From Selaginella moellendorffii (taxonomy: Eukaryota; Plantae; Lycopodiophyta): a stretch of 64,000 bases of DNA. This document shows positions 49,579 through 64,000 of the stretch, in pieces. The translations under genes were made by a program, and so were the position numbers. The notes below the pieces were generated by a model. It saw nothing but the letters and a program-made list of their open reading frames with translations. It did no database searches and was not told the DNA's origin. The DNA lies in NCBI RefSeq assembly GCF_000143415.4, contig NW_003314361.1, positions 427,115 to 491,114 of the forward strand. The letters are read 5' to 3'. Numbering within the stretch: the first letter of the stretch is position 1; every line of letters begins with the position of its first letter.

Positions 49579-50557
49579 NNNNNNNNNNNNNNNNNNNNNN
49601 NNNNNNNNNNNNNNNNNNNNNNNNNNNNNNNNNNNNNNNNNNNNNNNNNNNNNNNNNNNNNNNNNNNNNNNNNNNNNNNNNNNNNNNNNNNNNNNNNNNN
49701 NNNNNNNNNNNNNNNNNNNNNNNNNNNNNNNNNNNNNNNNNNNNNNNNNNNNNNNNNNNNNNNNNNNNNNNNNNNNNNNNNNNNNNNNNNNNNNNNNNNN
49801 NNNNNNNNNNNNNNNNNNNNNNNNNNNNNNNNNNNNNNNNNNNNNNNNNNNNNNNNNNNNNNNNNNNNNNNNNNNNNNNNNNNNNNNNNNNNNNNNNNNN
49901 NAAATAAAGACACGAAGCCCTTAAGTTCCACTCATTTCCGTACAATGTAGTAACTCATGTGTTTGTTTTCATATAAAGTTTAGAGCAGAGTTTTCTATGC
50001 AAAGTTTAGACAAGAGAAATCAAGAGTTCTAATGAATGAAATGTAGAAAAATCTTACCTTCATTCTTTCTCTCAAGTTCATCACCACATCCTACAGTACA
50101 AGCAGGACAGCAAAGAATTGCCACTCTCCTATCATCACATACATCATACATCACTCAAGGTAATATGATTATTTATGGCAAGATTAGGTTCTTAAGAAAG
50201 TTTTATAACTGTAAACGTTTTTATAATTTATAAATATCCAGAAGATATCTGTTTAAGAAATTTTATAAATTATAAATATATTTATACTTGATTAATCTAA
50301 ATTTATAACATACATTAGATGATAAAATAACATATTTTACCAAACCAAATTGTTTTTACTAAGTTTTTATAATCACTCATAAGTGTGTTAAAAAGGGGTT
50401 TTAGGAGTGATCACTTTACATGCTATAGGTAAAGGGATTGGCACCCTCACCTCTGTGATTTTAGAATTATATATTGTGATGATTTTGAGTTGCGAGTTAG
50501 TCTTGTTTGTCGTCTAGAAAAACTCGTCCATAAATTCTTCTCCTTAAGTACCCTCTC

Positions 50558-50562
<5 letters not shown>

Positions 50563-50611
<49 letters not shown>
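50563..50611. repeat. (TA)n microsatellite
   Basis: About 24 TA units. Confidence 0.95.
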
Positions 50612-50613
<2 letters not shown>

Positions 50614-51299
50614 CATATGTATACATAAAACAAATGCCAAAACATTATACACATTATATGAAGAAGAAGAAGTAGTTATTTTAAAGCAATTTACTAAAGT
50701 ATATTTCTTGTTAAAATACATTATATTCAGTTAATTTCATAACTAAAAATATAAATAATTGAATATAATAAATTTATATTATAATTAGTATTAACTATCT
50801 AAATTTACCTTATTAAATCACTGATATAACACAAGTTTATAGTTATTTAATAAAAAATGATATTTTAAATAATTTAAGGCAATATCATATAAATACATCA
50901 TTTTATAAGTTTATATTTTAAGAAATAAATCTAGACTATTAATATATTTTATTAATTAAAAAAGAGAAACTAAGAAAAAACTGCCATAAGAGATTAAAAA
51001 TTATTTTTCATTTATTGTATTGAAATAGTTTTCTAAGTTTATATTATGATTTATGGCTGAAATTTTAATCTTGAATAACCAATTAAAGAGAAATAAACAT
51101 AGAAAGTAGTGCTTTAATAACAAATATAACTTTGAAAGTAAATTTTTTTTATTTACATATAAAGTTTTTTTAAATTATCCTTAATGAGATATTTTAAAGT
51201 GTTTTTAGTAAATGTATAATAAATACTTTATCATTTTCTATTATATTTAATTTGAATAATTTACACTACAATTTTAATCTATTACTGTAATTTGATTCT

Positions 51300-51926
51300 A
51301 TTGACAGAGTTGAGTTTACCTTCACAATTACAACAAATTGCCAATGCTAAGTCTTGAGATCAGTATTTAACTAGCATTCTTCCACTTGTGGGATAATAAT
51401 AGCACAACTTCCATCATCATTCACTTGTGAAGTACAAAGTGGATAATTTGATATTAATCTATTTTCCCAATTTTACAGTATATAGTTTATCTAAAGAGCT
51501 TTTTGCTCAATGGAAGGGACCATATTGAATGTTGTGGCAAGTTGAATCATAAGTTATAAGATTTAGCATGACATTTAACAAATTGATCTTCCAGAAATTA
51601 TGCATATGCAAAGTTAAAACACTTTGTACAAAAGGATCAAAAACAACTAATATCAATTATAGATTCACTAATGCCTCCTTTTGATGTTCCTTTAGATCCC
51701 AACTTGTCAACCAAAGAATCTTGACTACTTTCCATCCTTCTAAGAGGAAAGGATGTTATAAAGTCCAAGTGTATAGCTATGATATCATATACTAATATTA
51801 GTATAATTTTGATAATTGTCAGTTTGGTTTCAATTCGGACCACTCACTTTTGTATATAAACTAAGGCTTTTCGGCTAATTCATATACACATTTCTATATT
51901 CCATTTCCATATCCCATGCACTCACA
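51300..51926. mobile_element. LTR-like repeat (family D); partial copies at ~47455-47924 and, inverted, at ~45719-45850
   Basis: Shared terminus TTCCATAT.CCATGCACTCACA and GGACCACTCAC..TTGTATATAA block. No TSD confirmed. Confidence 0.55.
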
Positions 51927-53299
51927 ACTCACTAATATATTAATAAAAAAGTGGATAAAGAATTGCACTAAAGTGCATAATACTTTATATCACTTTCCAG
52001 TTTAAGCCTCTAAAATTTCTTGTATAGAAAATTACTATTCTTTCCATATAACCTCTTTGAAAGCTAGTGAATATCATGGATTTATAGCAAATTACCTCAT
52101 ATGACTCAAATATATTTTTTAAAAGTTTATGTCACATTATGCTTTGTTATATCCAACAGAATGCTTTATTACAAGAATTAGAAAAACTTTCCATCACAAT
52201 TGAAATCATCTTTTGCATAAGGCTTCTTTATGAGTAATTTTAGCCAGATCCTTGGCAGAGGCCACAACCTTTGCCCTATAGAACGGCACATAACTAACAA
52301 GATAAAATGAACACCAATCAAACATGGATTCTTTTGATGTATTTATATTAAAACTCTACAATTGTGCCCAAATATAGACTACATCCATCAGTAGCAAGTG
52401 CTAGATCTAGGTTCAAGCCAATTACAACTTCTAAGGCTGTAAATATAAAATCATTCCTTAGTCTAATAGGTATACTTAGATGTGTGTAAACTTGAAAACA
52501 CATCAAAAATCTAATAAAGTGATTTTTAGTGCTTTCATTGCATATGATAGAATAAAAAAGGCTTCCTTTAAAAACTTCATAGAACACATATTACATTACT
52601 TAATAATTCTTATCACTATCTTCTTGCCTAAATATATAATTTATATAGGATCTATATGTCATCCCTGTTAAGAAAATCTAGAGCTCCAATTTCTCTATAC
52701 TTTACATATAAAGCATGAAACTTGTACATGGTAATTTAATTTACCAAAGTATTATATTTTCCTTAACATCACTAATTCAGCTCCAAGCTCAAAATGCCCT
52801 AGCTTCTTGAGTAAGGCTTTTTTTTTTTCTATACTTGCGTTCTTGCTCTTGCCTACAAAATAGTGATAAATAAATAAAGACAAGAACATAGAGAAAAAAA
52901 GAAAAATAAAAAGAGAATAGAAGAGAATTTAGCTTTAAACCTCAAAAGCATAAATAAGGATAAGCATATGTTAATCTCTTAACTTTACTTTATACAAATA
53001 GTCATAGATGAAAGAAAAGATGGTTAATTCAATGCAAATATATACAATAATGAGTGAGAGTTCTTTTCTAGCATGTCTAAATGCTATTTATATATTATAT
53101 GATTTTGTAACCATTCATAACTACTTCTCACTTGTTTATAACAAATGTTTCTTATGTTAGGTTTTTCTTCTTTAGATGCTTAAGCTTAAGCATAATTTCA
53201 TTTTGTGTAAGCTTCCTTCTTTTGCTCTACTTAGGAAGATATACAAAATAAAATATTTACCTCTTCATCACTCCCTCATGACAAAGTTATTGCCTGTCC

Positions 53300-56200
53300 T
53301 CAGGCAATTAGATTCTCCAAATCCTACTCTAGGCTGTTGAGCTTAATCTTCATATTGATAAACTCAATGCTTTAGTGTAGATCATTGAGTTCTTAATGCA
53401 TGTTCTATTTTCCTAGTCAAGTATTACAATGCACTAGCCCTTGTGGTTGATGCACTTTACATTAGTGGATATAGAAATTGGGATCATACTTTTGAATTCT
53501 TAGATTATATGGCACTGATGATTTTGCTCACCTATGCCTCCATCCACTTTCTTGGTAATTATCTTGAGGTAGCTCAAAACCTATGTGCAATACTTTGTTG
53601 TTTCCTCATCTTCTACTGGTTGCTCATTGATTGGCTGCTTGCCTCCTCCCTTGATGTGTTGAGCAAGCTCCTCTATGAAGCTTCGGACTACTGGCTTGCT
53701 CAGCTGATTTGCGGCCTTGTGAATCAAGGTCCAACTAGCCTTGTCTTTGTAGTGTTGCTGCAATGTCTACTGTTTATGTGGCTGCCTGATCTTGCTAGAT
53801 TGACCGGCTGAGAGTGTGTCACTGTCGGATGCATAGGTGGAGAAAACTAAGCCCGTACTCCTCCAGTTCACCTAGACTTTCTTTTGTAGCCTTATCCTCT
53901 TCATCCTAGTGAGTTTCTTGGCTGTGATCTTCTTGGCCTAAACTCACCTCATTAGCTATGTCTATAACCAATAGTTTTGTGGCATCTATAAGCATATCGT
54001 GTGTCAAAATTTATGGCCTAAGTTGTGGAATTTCTTTGTTCACCTAGTGTTGTCTGTTTGTGTGCTCATCACTCCCCAATACTTGGAGAGATTTGCATCA
54101 GCATTAGGGTTGTCTCTGTAAACGTAAGTGAGTTATGAATCTGTTTCTCATCTAGGTGTGGTGTTTTATCACCATACTTGCTATGTCCAGATTATTCGTG
54201 GCATACTCGGCCACTAGATTTCTACGGAATGAAACTTGGAGATCTTGTAACTTGGATTTTTGGATCTAGGTGGAATTTTGTTTTGAGGGGAAAATTTCCC
54301 TTGCTTGAATCCATGTCATTGGGATTTTGGGAAGCTTGTTCCACATCCATATCCCTTGCTATCTCCCTCATGGGAGATATTGGAGGTGGTGCAAGGAGAG
54401 GCATAGGATTTTTTTGAGATGTGTAATGGTCGTAGATGTGCCACAAAAAGATGAAGACTCCTATCTTCATTTGCCTTTTTTTGCCTACTTATAAGGCAAT
54501 ATGCTTCATTTCGGTTACAAATCCATTATAGGTGAAATGAGCTATGTTTATTTGCCATCTAGTTTTAATAACTTTTAATAAGTGTGTTATCTTGATGTTG
54601 GCATATTGCACAACCATCCTCCTATCAATGATGGCACATAACACTTTAAACTTAGCATGATAGTCCGGCTTTAAGTAAGTGAAATTGCCTTCTTGTTTAG
54701 ATATGTAGTTAGGGAGGACATATTGATCGAGCATCCTTCTTGCTCATTAATTATTTTGCTTTTGCTATTTAAACAAAACATATAAGCAAACTGGGTGAGT
54801 CCAAAAGAATGAACTCACTTGTGAAAGAGAAATGCATACTCCGTTGGGGTACCACTTTTATATAAGCTCGATCCCTTGCTCGATAGATATTTCTCTTTCG
54901 AGCAATTCCGTATAAGCATGTAACCCAAAAGCATCAAGCCAAGATTTGTCACAGGGAGAAAACACAAACTCCCTAAACAACTTCATTTGGCTATACTCAA
55001 ACTCTTCATCGCTAAAAAAGATTTCCTCCACATGCTTGTCTTGCTTAGGAATTTTTGCTATCTGTGAAGATTTGTAGGAAAAACACTTGGTGTTAAATGA
55101 CTGGGAGATGTAGTGCGGTGCCGATGAAGGTGCCTAAGTGAAATCTTATATTGACAATGCTTCAAGATTGGAATTGGTGGCTTGTGGCAGTGGTATGAGG
55201 ACAAGATCACTCCACCCAATTGAGGGTGCACTCGACATAATAGGCTATGGCGATGGTGTTTGCCCTTGTGCAGCCCTATGTGGCATTTGAGCTGCTTCAA
55301 AGTTAAGCTTGGAGTGTCAGCACATCTTGGTGGAGGCATAGGCATAAGTGTAGAGTAAGTGAGAGGGAAAGAGCAAGAGAGAAAAAAGAGCTCCTTAGCT
55401 GCCTCCAATTTACTTATGTCACTTTGCCTTAATGCATTATCCCTAAGTTTTGTTCTTTTGCCTTTATTTGTTTTTGTATGCAAATGCATTGTAGGAAAAA
55501 ATTTCCTTGTTGGCCTAGTAATCTCTGCTTATTAATCTTTGTAGTTTGCTGACAAAGATTATAGAATGGGGTAAAAAAAATGTAGACATTACTTTTAAAG
55601 TATCCACCCCTTCTTTTCTTTTTCTCTAAATGTTGTGTTGCCTAAAGAAAATTTCTATATACCATACTAGCAAGATTTTGAAGGAAGGGTTGCTTTAGAG
55701 AAAAAAATATCTATCCTATATATCCTTTAAATTTTTTTTTTTGGAACTTCCCTATTAATGAAAACACTCAGATATATGAATGTTTCTCTAGCATAAAGAC
55801 AAATCTTTCCCAAGGCATATGTAATTTTCTTTTGTTCTAGATGAATAAATCCTTGTTTAAGCTTATTAAGAAAGAATACTCCTATCCAATTTCACTGATC
55901 TAGTTCTATGAGGAGATAAAAAAGCTTAGAAATAAAATCTTGAGTAATTTTAATATCCCCTCAATCCATTTTGAAAGTTAATTTTATAAGATTCCATAAT
56001 TAAAGAATCAATCTACCTTTCTATAGTCTTATAAAGTTTGATCTAACTTTATAAAATTTTTCTAGACCCTTATCGTTCATTCAGTTGGCTATAGCCACTT
56101 TATCTATGCATTTAGATAGCTCATCACAATGAATCCTTGCCAAAACTTCATCCATAAGCTTATCCATAGTTTTATACTTTGAGATATAGACAATATTTAT

Positions 56201-58290
56201 GTTTATATTTTCATAGTACTTCCTTAAACAATTTAAATTTACTATTGTAATATCATCCCCAATTAAGGTGTGCACTTCAGCCATTCCTAGAGCTGATATT
56301 TTAGGCAAAATGAATGGACTATTCTATTTTTTCTTAAATTTATTTCCAAAAGCATCTATTTTGCCTTAATACCAAAGGACTTTATTTTTTGGCTTAAGGT
56401 TACAAGAGATTTTCAATTGTCTATCATGTTTAGCCATTTTAGCTTTTTGAATTGCATGCAAGATATATATTTCTCTAAGCTTAAGTTTGTCTAAGTTTTC
56501 TATTTTAGCAAATCTTTCCTTAAGAGCTTTTTTTCCGTTTAAGTCATTTTTAATTGCAATATGCAAAAAGGGAATTATAAATTCCATGGGCGTTCCAGAT
56601 TTCTAACCATAAATAATATGAAATAGTGTTATGTCTGTGAATACTTTATATACAGTTTTATAAGATTATAAAACATTTAGGATTTCTCATCCTAGTCTTT
56701 TTTATTGTGGTTAGAAGATTTTCTAACTAAGTGGTAGGTACAAAGATTGCAAATAAATGAACATCTGAGAGTTTGTCTACCTTAATATTAAGTGATTCTT
56801 CTGTAGTAATGTGGCTTAAGCAATCAGCTTATTGATAAAATTTCGCAGGTCTATGTACTATTTAAAGATTATATTTTTGTAATAGTAAAAACCATTTAGT
56901 TAGTCAAGCAAAGATGCATGGTTTGTTGATGATATATAAAAGAGTTTTATAGTCAGCAAAGACAATTACTTTTGTTGCCAAAAGAATAATTTTTAAATGT
57001 TTGTAAAGCATAAACTACACCTAAGGCCTCTTTTTTAGTTGTGTAATTATGCTCAGCAGGATTTAAGTGTTTGCTAGCATAGTAGATAGGGTGATATTTT
57101 TTATCATTTTGTGTCTAAGACAATATTACACTTGTAGCAATATCAAAAGTATCTATCTATAAATGAAACTCTTTTGTCCAATCTGGCTTAACAAGTATAG
57201 ATGCTTCTTTGAGGCATTGTTTAAACTATAAAATACTTCTTGACAATCTTCATCCATATAAATGGAGTATATTTCTTTAAAAGATTGATAAGTGGCTTGG
57301 TAATCTTTGCATAAGCTTTTATAAATTATCTATAATAGCCAACTTTGCATAGAAAGCAATAAAGACTTTTTAACTCATATGGTGGAGATATTATTTCACT
57401 CACTTGAGTTTTGTCTTTATCTACATAGATGGCTTCTTTGTATATAATATGACCTAGAAGTATGTTAGAATTTACAAAGAAAGTACACTTCTTTGGATTA
57501 AGAGAAATGTTATATTCTCTACATTTTTGAAAACATTTTTGCAAGAAAATTAAATGTTCCATTTTTTAACTAAAAACACTAAAATCATCCATGAAATTCT
57601 TAAAAATCAATAAAATATTCTCTAAAAGTGTCCATAACAACTTTAAAAATATAAAAGAAGAATTGAATAGGAAAAAGGCATTTTGCAATAGGCATATACT
57701 TCTTATGGGCTTATAAAAGTTGTTTTGTGTTAATCTTCAAATGCTACTTCCACTTAGTTATATCCAAAGAATCCATCTAAAAATGAATACATCTTATGAC
57801 TTGCTATTGAATCCAGAATTTCATTTATGAAAGGATTAGGAAACATATCTTTTTTTATTACATTATTTAGCTTTTTGTAATTCACACAAATTTGTAACTT
57901 GCCATTTTTCTTAGGCATAATTACAAGTGGTGAAAGTTATTAAGCATTTTGGATTGGATAGATGAATCTTGTCTGAAGAAGTTTATTGATTTTCTTTAAC
58001 TTTACTTTAGTAATTAAGATTCATCCTATAGGGCATTTGCCTTTTAGGCATATTTCTTGAGAGTATTTTAATATGATATGTACAGAGTTCTAGTGGGATG
58101 CTTTTTAAATCTATATAAGACCAAACAAAAATTTCCTTTTAGTCTTTTAGTAAATTTATGGCTTGATTGCGAAATTCACTTTGAAATATTTGAGCAATTG
58201 TGACAGTATGTGAATTATTCTCATCTGCTAAATTAATTTGCTCAAATAGTTTATCACAAGAAATATATGAAATATAGTTTCTCTACTGAT
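53300..58290 (-). mobile_element. Heavily decayed non-chromoviral Ty3/gypsy (Athila/Tat-like) pol with a downstream extra-ORF remnant
   Basis: On -: RT (ICVNYKKLN...FINEILDSIA...YSFLDGFFGYN; FMDDFSVF; CFQKCREYNISLNPKKC), RNase H (HPIYYASKHLNPAEHNYTT), integrase remnants (56350-56900), then fragmented ORFs at 54200-55490. Confidence 0.8.
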
Positions 58291-60799
58291 CAATTTTAGG
58301 CAAGATCCTCCTTTAGGGAGAAATTAGGGAGAAATTCATTTAAAAGAGGTTTGCCTAAATTTGCCAAGAGCAATAGGCTACTTTTTCTAATTTCACAGTT
58401 GTAAGGGTAAGGTTGGTTGTAAGCTATAAGGTAAGACCTACTGTGAAGTAGGTAAGCTATTCCAGAATTGGCTATTATGCACCAAAGACTTTGTATTAAA
58501 TTAGTCTTAATCACATTAAGCACGGGCAAAAAGGGAAAGTCCTCTTGTGCACCTAAGTGGAGAGATTGAGGATTAATAACCCTTCACAATCTTAATAGAA
58601 GTTGATTGGGGGAATTAAGATAGACAAAACAAGAATGTTTACTAACAATCCATCACATCTATCAAAAGATATATTTTTTCTTATAGACTTAGACAAAAGT
58701 TTATTGATCCCCACTCTATGTGACTAAGAAAAAGTATAATAAAGAAAAAACAAAACTATCTTATATGTCTAACTAGGCCAACGAATGATAGATTTAACAA
58801 AATTGCTTAAATAGCATAACAAATTACTAAGCGACATACTTAGTAATATTTTGCTCAAGTTATATAGAAGTCTAATGATAATCTAGGTTTCCCTATAGAC
58901 TAAACACTTATTTTGTTTATACTAATTGCAAAAGAGAGCATTTCCTATCAAATTGCAATAAGCACAATGGCAATTGTAAGAACGGCAATAGGCACCATCA
59001 TCACATATCCATCCTTTTTTTGAATTAAAGGAGAGGACATATAACTATATATTGATAAACGTATATATACATTACCCTAGTCCCAAAGGGATCAAAACAA
59101 AATTGAGAGCACACTCTCAAAGAAACTAGCGAAACTACGAGAATGAATACCCGACACTGCTCTTGGGCCATCTACCTCCCAGGTGATTCCACTGCAAAGC
59201 TTGAAGCCATCTGCTACTCTCCATGACCTGCAAGACTTGCCACAGAGCGCTCCACCACCAATATACCTTTGGTGCCAAAACAGTGTCTAATCGTGATAAA
59301 ACTCCAACTCATAACTCCATACAAGGTGTGAACGTCCTCCAACTCAAAGATGGAGTATACTACTTTGCCTCCCACACAAGACAAGTGTGCTAGCTCATCT
59401 TCACTAGAGTCCTAGCCCTGTAATAGAGACTAAAAAAAGGGCATGAACCTCCTATTAAGGAAGTAAAGCTTACGTGTGTAATACCAAATTAACTTTGTTT
59501 GCCACTAGTCCTAATTGTGGCAACAATCTTTGCCACTAGATCCAAAAATCCTCCCTTCCCGATCATCCTCAAAGTCATGCATGGTCTTCCAAAGAAAATC
59601 CAAAAAGCTGGGAATATTTTCAAGTCTTAGTTGCTCCAAGTCACCCCTAAGGTGACATCTAGCTCCACCAATCCTTAGCTGCTACTGTCTTTATCGTGCA
59701 TCAAGGCAAACAAGATCACATAAATCTTGGCAAAAAGCTCCATTTCTAAAGCTTTTGCAACTGATTGTCCACTGTAAAAATACCTTAAGTGCCTCTTAGG
59801 ACCACCAGCCCTAGAAGCCCTAGTTGCCAAGGAACTTAGCCCTAGAACAAGGCAAACCCCATTAACTACATACATGTGGCAATGAGTACTACATATAGGT
59901 GGCAGTACTACATTGGGGAGTTAGGGTTAGGGTTAGCGAGTAAGTGATCTTTACACACATGCAATAAACCCTAACAAAAACCTCCTAATTCTAGAGTTGG
60001 GGTCATCCAGATCTACCGGATCCCAAATCTAAATGAAGTGCTGCTGCTAGAAGTGCTTCTCACCACTCCCAAGATGTCAGCCATGTTATCAAATTAACAA
60101 AAAGAGCGAAAATTAAGCCATGGGAGAGAAAAGAGGAGAAAATGAACTCAATCCTTTGCCATAGCCACTCCTGCAAAGCTATGTCCCACTTCCTTACCTC
60201 AATCACTCCCATAACTTGATTTCCCCAAAAGCCCTAAATCGTAAAAGCTTGCAAACCCTAGCCTTTGCTGCAACTAGGGTGAGTGAAATCTCCAAACCCA
60301 TGATAAATCTCACTGCACCGTTGTAAGAGGACATGAAGCTCTACTCCTACAAGCCCCACATCAAAGGAATCAAAGAAACTTCTACTGTTCAGGAGAAATC
60401 AAATTCCAAGTGTAGAAATGCTTCTTTTGAGAGAAGAGAGGGAAAAAAGGAAGGAGGAGAGCCTTATATGATGTTGCCATGGCATGTGTGTTGCTGCTGC
60501 CATCTTCCATGCTCCCTCTTTTGCTCCTTCTCACACTCTATCTCTAGTGCTTTCTTGCCATTCTCAAAACCTAAAAATTAGGGTTTTTTTTCAGAACTGC
60601 ATATTAACAATACATATAAGCAATTAAACTCAATCAAGTAGATGGACAGAAAAAGAATCTTTTCCCTTATACACTCAAAAGTAAAGCCAAAGACTGGTAT
60701 TATGACAATGAACTCAAAAAGCTTGGCACATTTGTTAAGCAAACAAAGTTTTTCCTTAAAAATTTTTTCATTTAAACAAACCCAGGAGAAAATTATGAT

Positions 60800-62760
60800 G
60801 AGTTGCAAAAGTTTCATAAAAAAAAATCTAAGATAATTGGGGAATATACAACTCGATTCAACAAACGTTATAAGTATTATAAAAACTTAGTCTTAGACAA
60901 AATACTCCTACGCCTATACATATAAGGTTTTAAGAAAATTTATCGTGAACATGCAACAAAAAAAGTTAATGCAGATTTTGATGATTTGAATAAAGCTATG
61001 ATTATTTACCAAGATCTCATAAAACAATATGATATGGTAGATATGGTAAAGTCAATTGAGAAAATGACTCCTATAGACAAGAAAACTAATCGTCTAAGAA
61101 GCCTTAAACTGCAAACCAATTTTAAACAAGGGATTTGGTGAACTAGATGCAAAAATGAAAGCTATAATAAAGAAGAATGCAAATTCCAATTGATCAAATG
61201 CCAAATTTGTGAAAAAGAGGGGCATTTAGTTAAGGAATATAGAACCTTTTTTAAACAACTAAAAGGCTAATAGGCAATCCAAATTAATAAAATAACACAT
61301 AGGCAAAGTTATTAATTTGACAATAGAAGTTATTGTAAAAATATTGATTACAATGATAATTGAAGTGCTAAACATAAATATTCATGCACTAAAAGGTAAG
61401 ATAACCATTGAGATTATCTGTCTAAGGGTAATTTTTGAAATTATTCATTTACCTGTGAAGAAAATAGGCTTAGACACTATAATTAGCCTCACTCAGCCTA
61501 GAAGTTACAATATGTCTAGAAATTATAAGGCCAAAAAGGTATGATCAAGCTAAGACTTCAGCTCACTATTTTAGGCCATATAATCAAGTTAAATCATCAA
61601 GAAAGAATGATAAACCTCTTAGGGATACGCAATTTACAACTAGGCAAATTGAGGTAGAATGGTCAAATATGGAAAAACTACCTAATGTTTGTATCATGAC
61701 TAAAGCCTAACAAAGAAGGGTTGAATTTAAAAGCCATAATGAAGTAGAAATTATCCATAACTATTAATGATGACAAAAGAAAAAGATTAATAAAAAAATC
61801 ATTCAACAACTCTAAGACTTGCAACTATAAGTCAATTAAAGAATAGTGATTCTAATATAGAGAGTCCCAAGATTTTATAGGATGACATGAATTTACCACT
61901 AGCGCAAAAGGAAAATTCTATATTAAAGCTAAATGGCAAGGATGAAAAGAAGGCAGTAAAAAACATTTTAAATGCTGAAATTACATTTGCTCTAGGCCAA
62001 CTTCCCACTATGCATCTTATTTTATAATTATATTGCTCAAAGAGGCTTTTGCCTAAGAAGAAAGAAACTTTAATCCTATTTATGGCCATTACTCCCTGAA
62101 GAAGGAAGAAACTTTAATTCCATTTATGGCCATTGTTTGCCAAAGAAGGAAGAAATTTTAATCCTATCTATAGCTATTGCAATTGAGCCAAAGGATTGTA
62201 ATGATGAAGTTTCTACAATTGATATAAAGATTGGTAAGAATTTATTATTTGGAATTTTTATTAATGGTAGCTCAAGTGTACATATTCTAGAAAAGAGTAT
62301 TTACAAAACATTAGGCCTAGGCCTAATTTAAATAGCCTCATTTAATATACAAGTGGCAAATGACTAAAGTCTTAAGCTCATTAGAATTATTAAAAATGTC
62401 TTAACCAATGTGCTTAACCTAAAGTACAAACTCAGTTATGTTGTGCTTAAAATGACATAACAAAATTTTGCCTACAAAACTCTATTAGGCAAACTTTGGC
62501 TAAAAATTACTTGTACAAACCAAAACTAAAAAAATGATTTTATGCATATAAAGTAGGGCAACTAAAAAAGATGTATGCCCATTACTTTTACCATACAGTT
62601 GGAAAGGAAATATCAACCCCTCAAAACTCAATTTTATGATTAGAAAGAAGGTTTAGACAATTTCCAAGAACAAAAAATTTTGAAAGCTTTCTTTGAAATT
62701 GAATCAATTTTTAAAGTTTTAGTACCTAGACAAAAAGCCTCTAGTACAGCTATAACATAC
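60800..62760 (+). mobile_element. Decayed Ty3/gypsy gag-protease remnant
   Basis: Zinc-knuckle remnants (CQICEKEGHLVKE), protease-like IFINGSSSVHIL...YKTLGL and LLGKLWLK. A ~45-bp tandem repeat at ~62050-62180. Confidence 0.6.
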
Positions 62761-63152
62761 TAAAGACTAATTTGAATGGGGTATAAAGATTATTTCATGA
62801 AATTGCCCTGTGGAATCAATATAAAGGTTAAATTGTTTAGTGTATGATAGTCTATTTTAGATAAATTTATTTGTGGAATGACATTAGGTAGTTTTTCAAG
62901 AATGTGATATCTAATTTGTGGAAAACTTTGCTTTATATTTAAACAAAAATTGTTTTTCAAGGCAAATTTCCCTCTAGCCTCTTTTCAAATGGGCAATACA
63001 AATCTCTATTCAATCTTATATAACAAAATTTTGAGTTTCGCAATATATTTCAAAAAATTTGGAAGTGTCTAAAGTTATTTCACATTTTTGGATAAAACCT
63101 CTCTAAATTTGTTCTAGTTTTTTAGAGATCAAGTGATGGTAGTAGTGTTTCC

Positions 63153-64000
63153 AAGCGCAAACCACTCTTGAGCTCATGAGCTGAAAAGTTGAACTTGCAA
63201 GTTGAGCTCAATTTTCAATTGCAGTTTAATACAAATATTATAAATTTTTAAAAATTAAGGTTATAGAAAACCTAACTTTATACTATATTTTCATAACTCT
63301 CTATATTTTATATGGATAAAACTATTTTAGAAAAGGCTTCTTTTCCAAGAATTTAAATATTTATTATATGTTATTTTATTTCAGTTCGTCAAAACATAAA
63401 ATAAAATGGGTCTAATATTGGTAGTTTCAACTCTTGAAATCTTTCTTCTTAGGGTAGTGATTCAAGGACTAGGAGCTGCAATATTCATTCCATTGCATAA
63501 CATATTCAAACCATACAAGAGATAGAAAAAGAGGATAATGAGAATAATGATCATATATTGGAAATAAATGTAATGATAAAGGGTACAAAAATTTAGGTGA
63601 AAAAGAATGCCCTCTTATTTATTTTAAAAAATTGCAATTTTGTGACTTTCAAGAAATGCCCACATAGCGTAGTGTACTTACCGAAAACCCTGAATAAATC
63701 TTAGTATCTATTTTCTAGTTTTTGGTGGAAACAGTGGTGACAATTAGTATAACAGCATATACATTCTTGCAATACATTCCAATATCATGGCCACAAACTA
63801 TTATGAAATATGTTTTAATATGGTGAAGATAAAAATAGAAACACACTAGTATTACAAATAGTATTGTAAAAAAGAAAACTTGGAAGTATATTAAATGAAA
63901 TGAATGTTTTATTATTAGTTATATAAAGTATAAAAAGTATATATTACCAATAGAGAATAAATATTGATAGTCTTGGAGAATATTATTAGCTCCAAATGTC
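63153..64000 (-). mobile_element. Second, decayed, inverted copy of the MULE right arm; continues beyond the window
   Basis: AAGCGCAAACCACTCTTGAGCTCATGAGCTGAAAAGTTGAACTTGCAAGTTGAGCTCAATTTTCAATTG matches the reverse complement of 43481 inward. The window ends in the rc of the transposase 3' end (TTGGAGCTAAT). Confidence 0.9.
63406..63898 (+). pseudogene. Pseudogene of zf-XS-like paralog 2 in the second MULE copy
   Basis: Colinear with 42939-42487 (...GTGAAAAAGAATGCCCTC..., ...TTCAAGAAATGCCC..., ...ATGGTGAAGAT...). Has stops, frameshifts and a ~45-bp insertion. Confidence 0.85.

Noticed and set aside
58300-60600. Possible LTR or additional element between the gypsy remnants
   Set aside because: Probably TE-derived, but no termini, TSD or protein motif could be established.

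Overview
Eukaryotic plant DNA. The very short (~50-60 nt) introns and compact genes suggest a lycophyte such as Selaginella (inference only). The first 3 kb holds two head-to-head host genes: a trihelix (Myb/SANT-like) transcription factor on - and a SET-domain Rubisco-LSMT-like methyltransferase on +. Almost all the rest is a nested transposon stack: a decayed chromodomain Ty3/gypsy element interrupted by LTR insertions and by a PIF/Harbinger element carrying a captured rhamnogalacturonan-lyase gene fragment, LARD-like elements, and Athila/Tat-like remnants. There is also one Pollen Ole e 1/extensin gene at ~49 kb. The standout is an apparently intact ~11.8 kb Mutator-like DNA transposon (31717-43481, 8-bp TSD GCCTAATG) inserted into an LTR. 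Besides a GCM-like/DDE/SWIM transposase, it carries (i) a spliced gene for a ParB-like + N6A/N4C-type DNA-methyltransferase-fold fusion, an architecture typical of prokaryotes and phages, and (ii) two paralogous small proteins resembling the zf-XS zinc finger of the RNA-silencing protein SGS3, plus TGACA-motif arrays. This looks like a candidate transposon-borne epigenetic or anti-silencing module. A decayed second copy begins at ~63153. All family assignments come from motif recognition by eye; no database searches were run.
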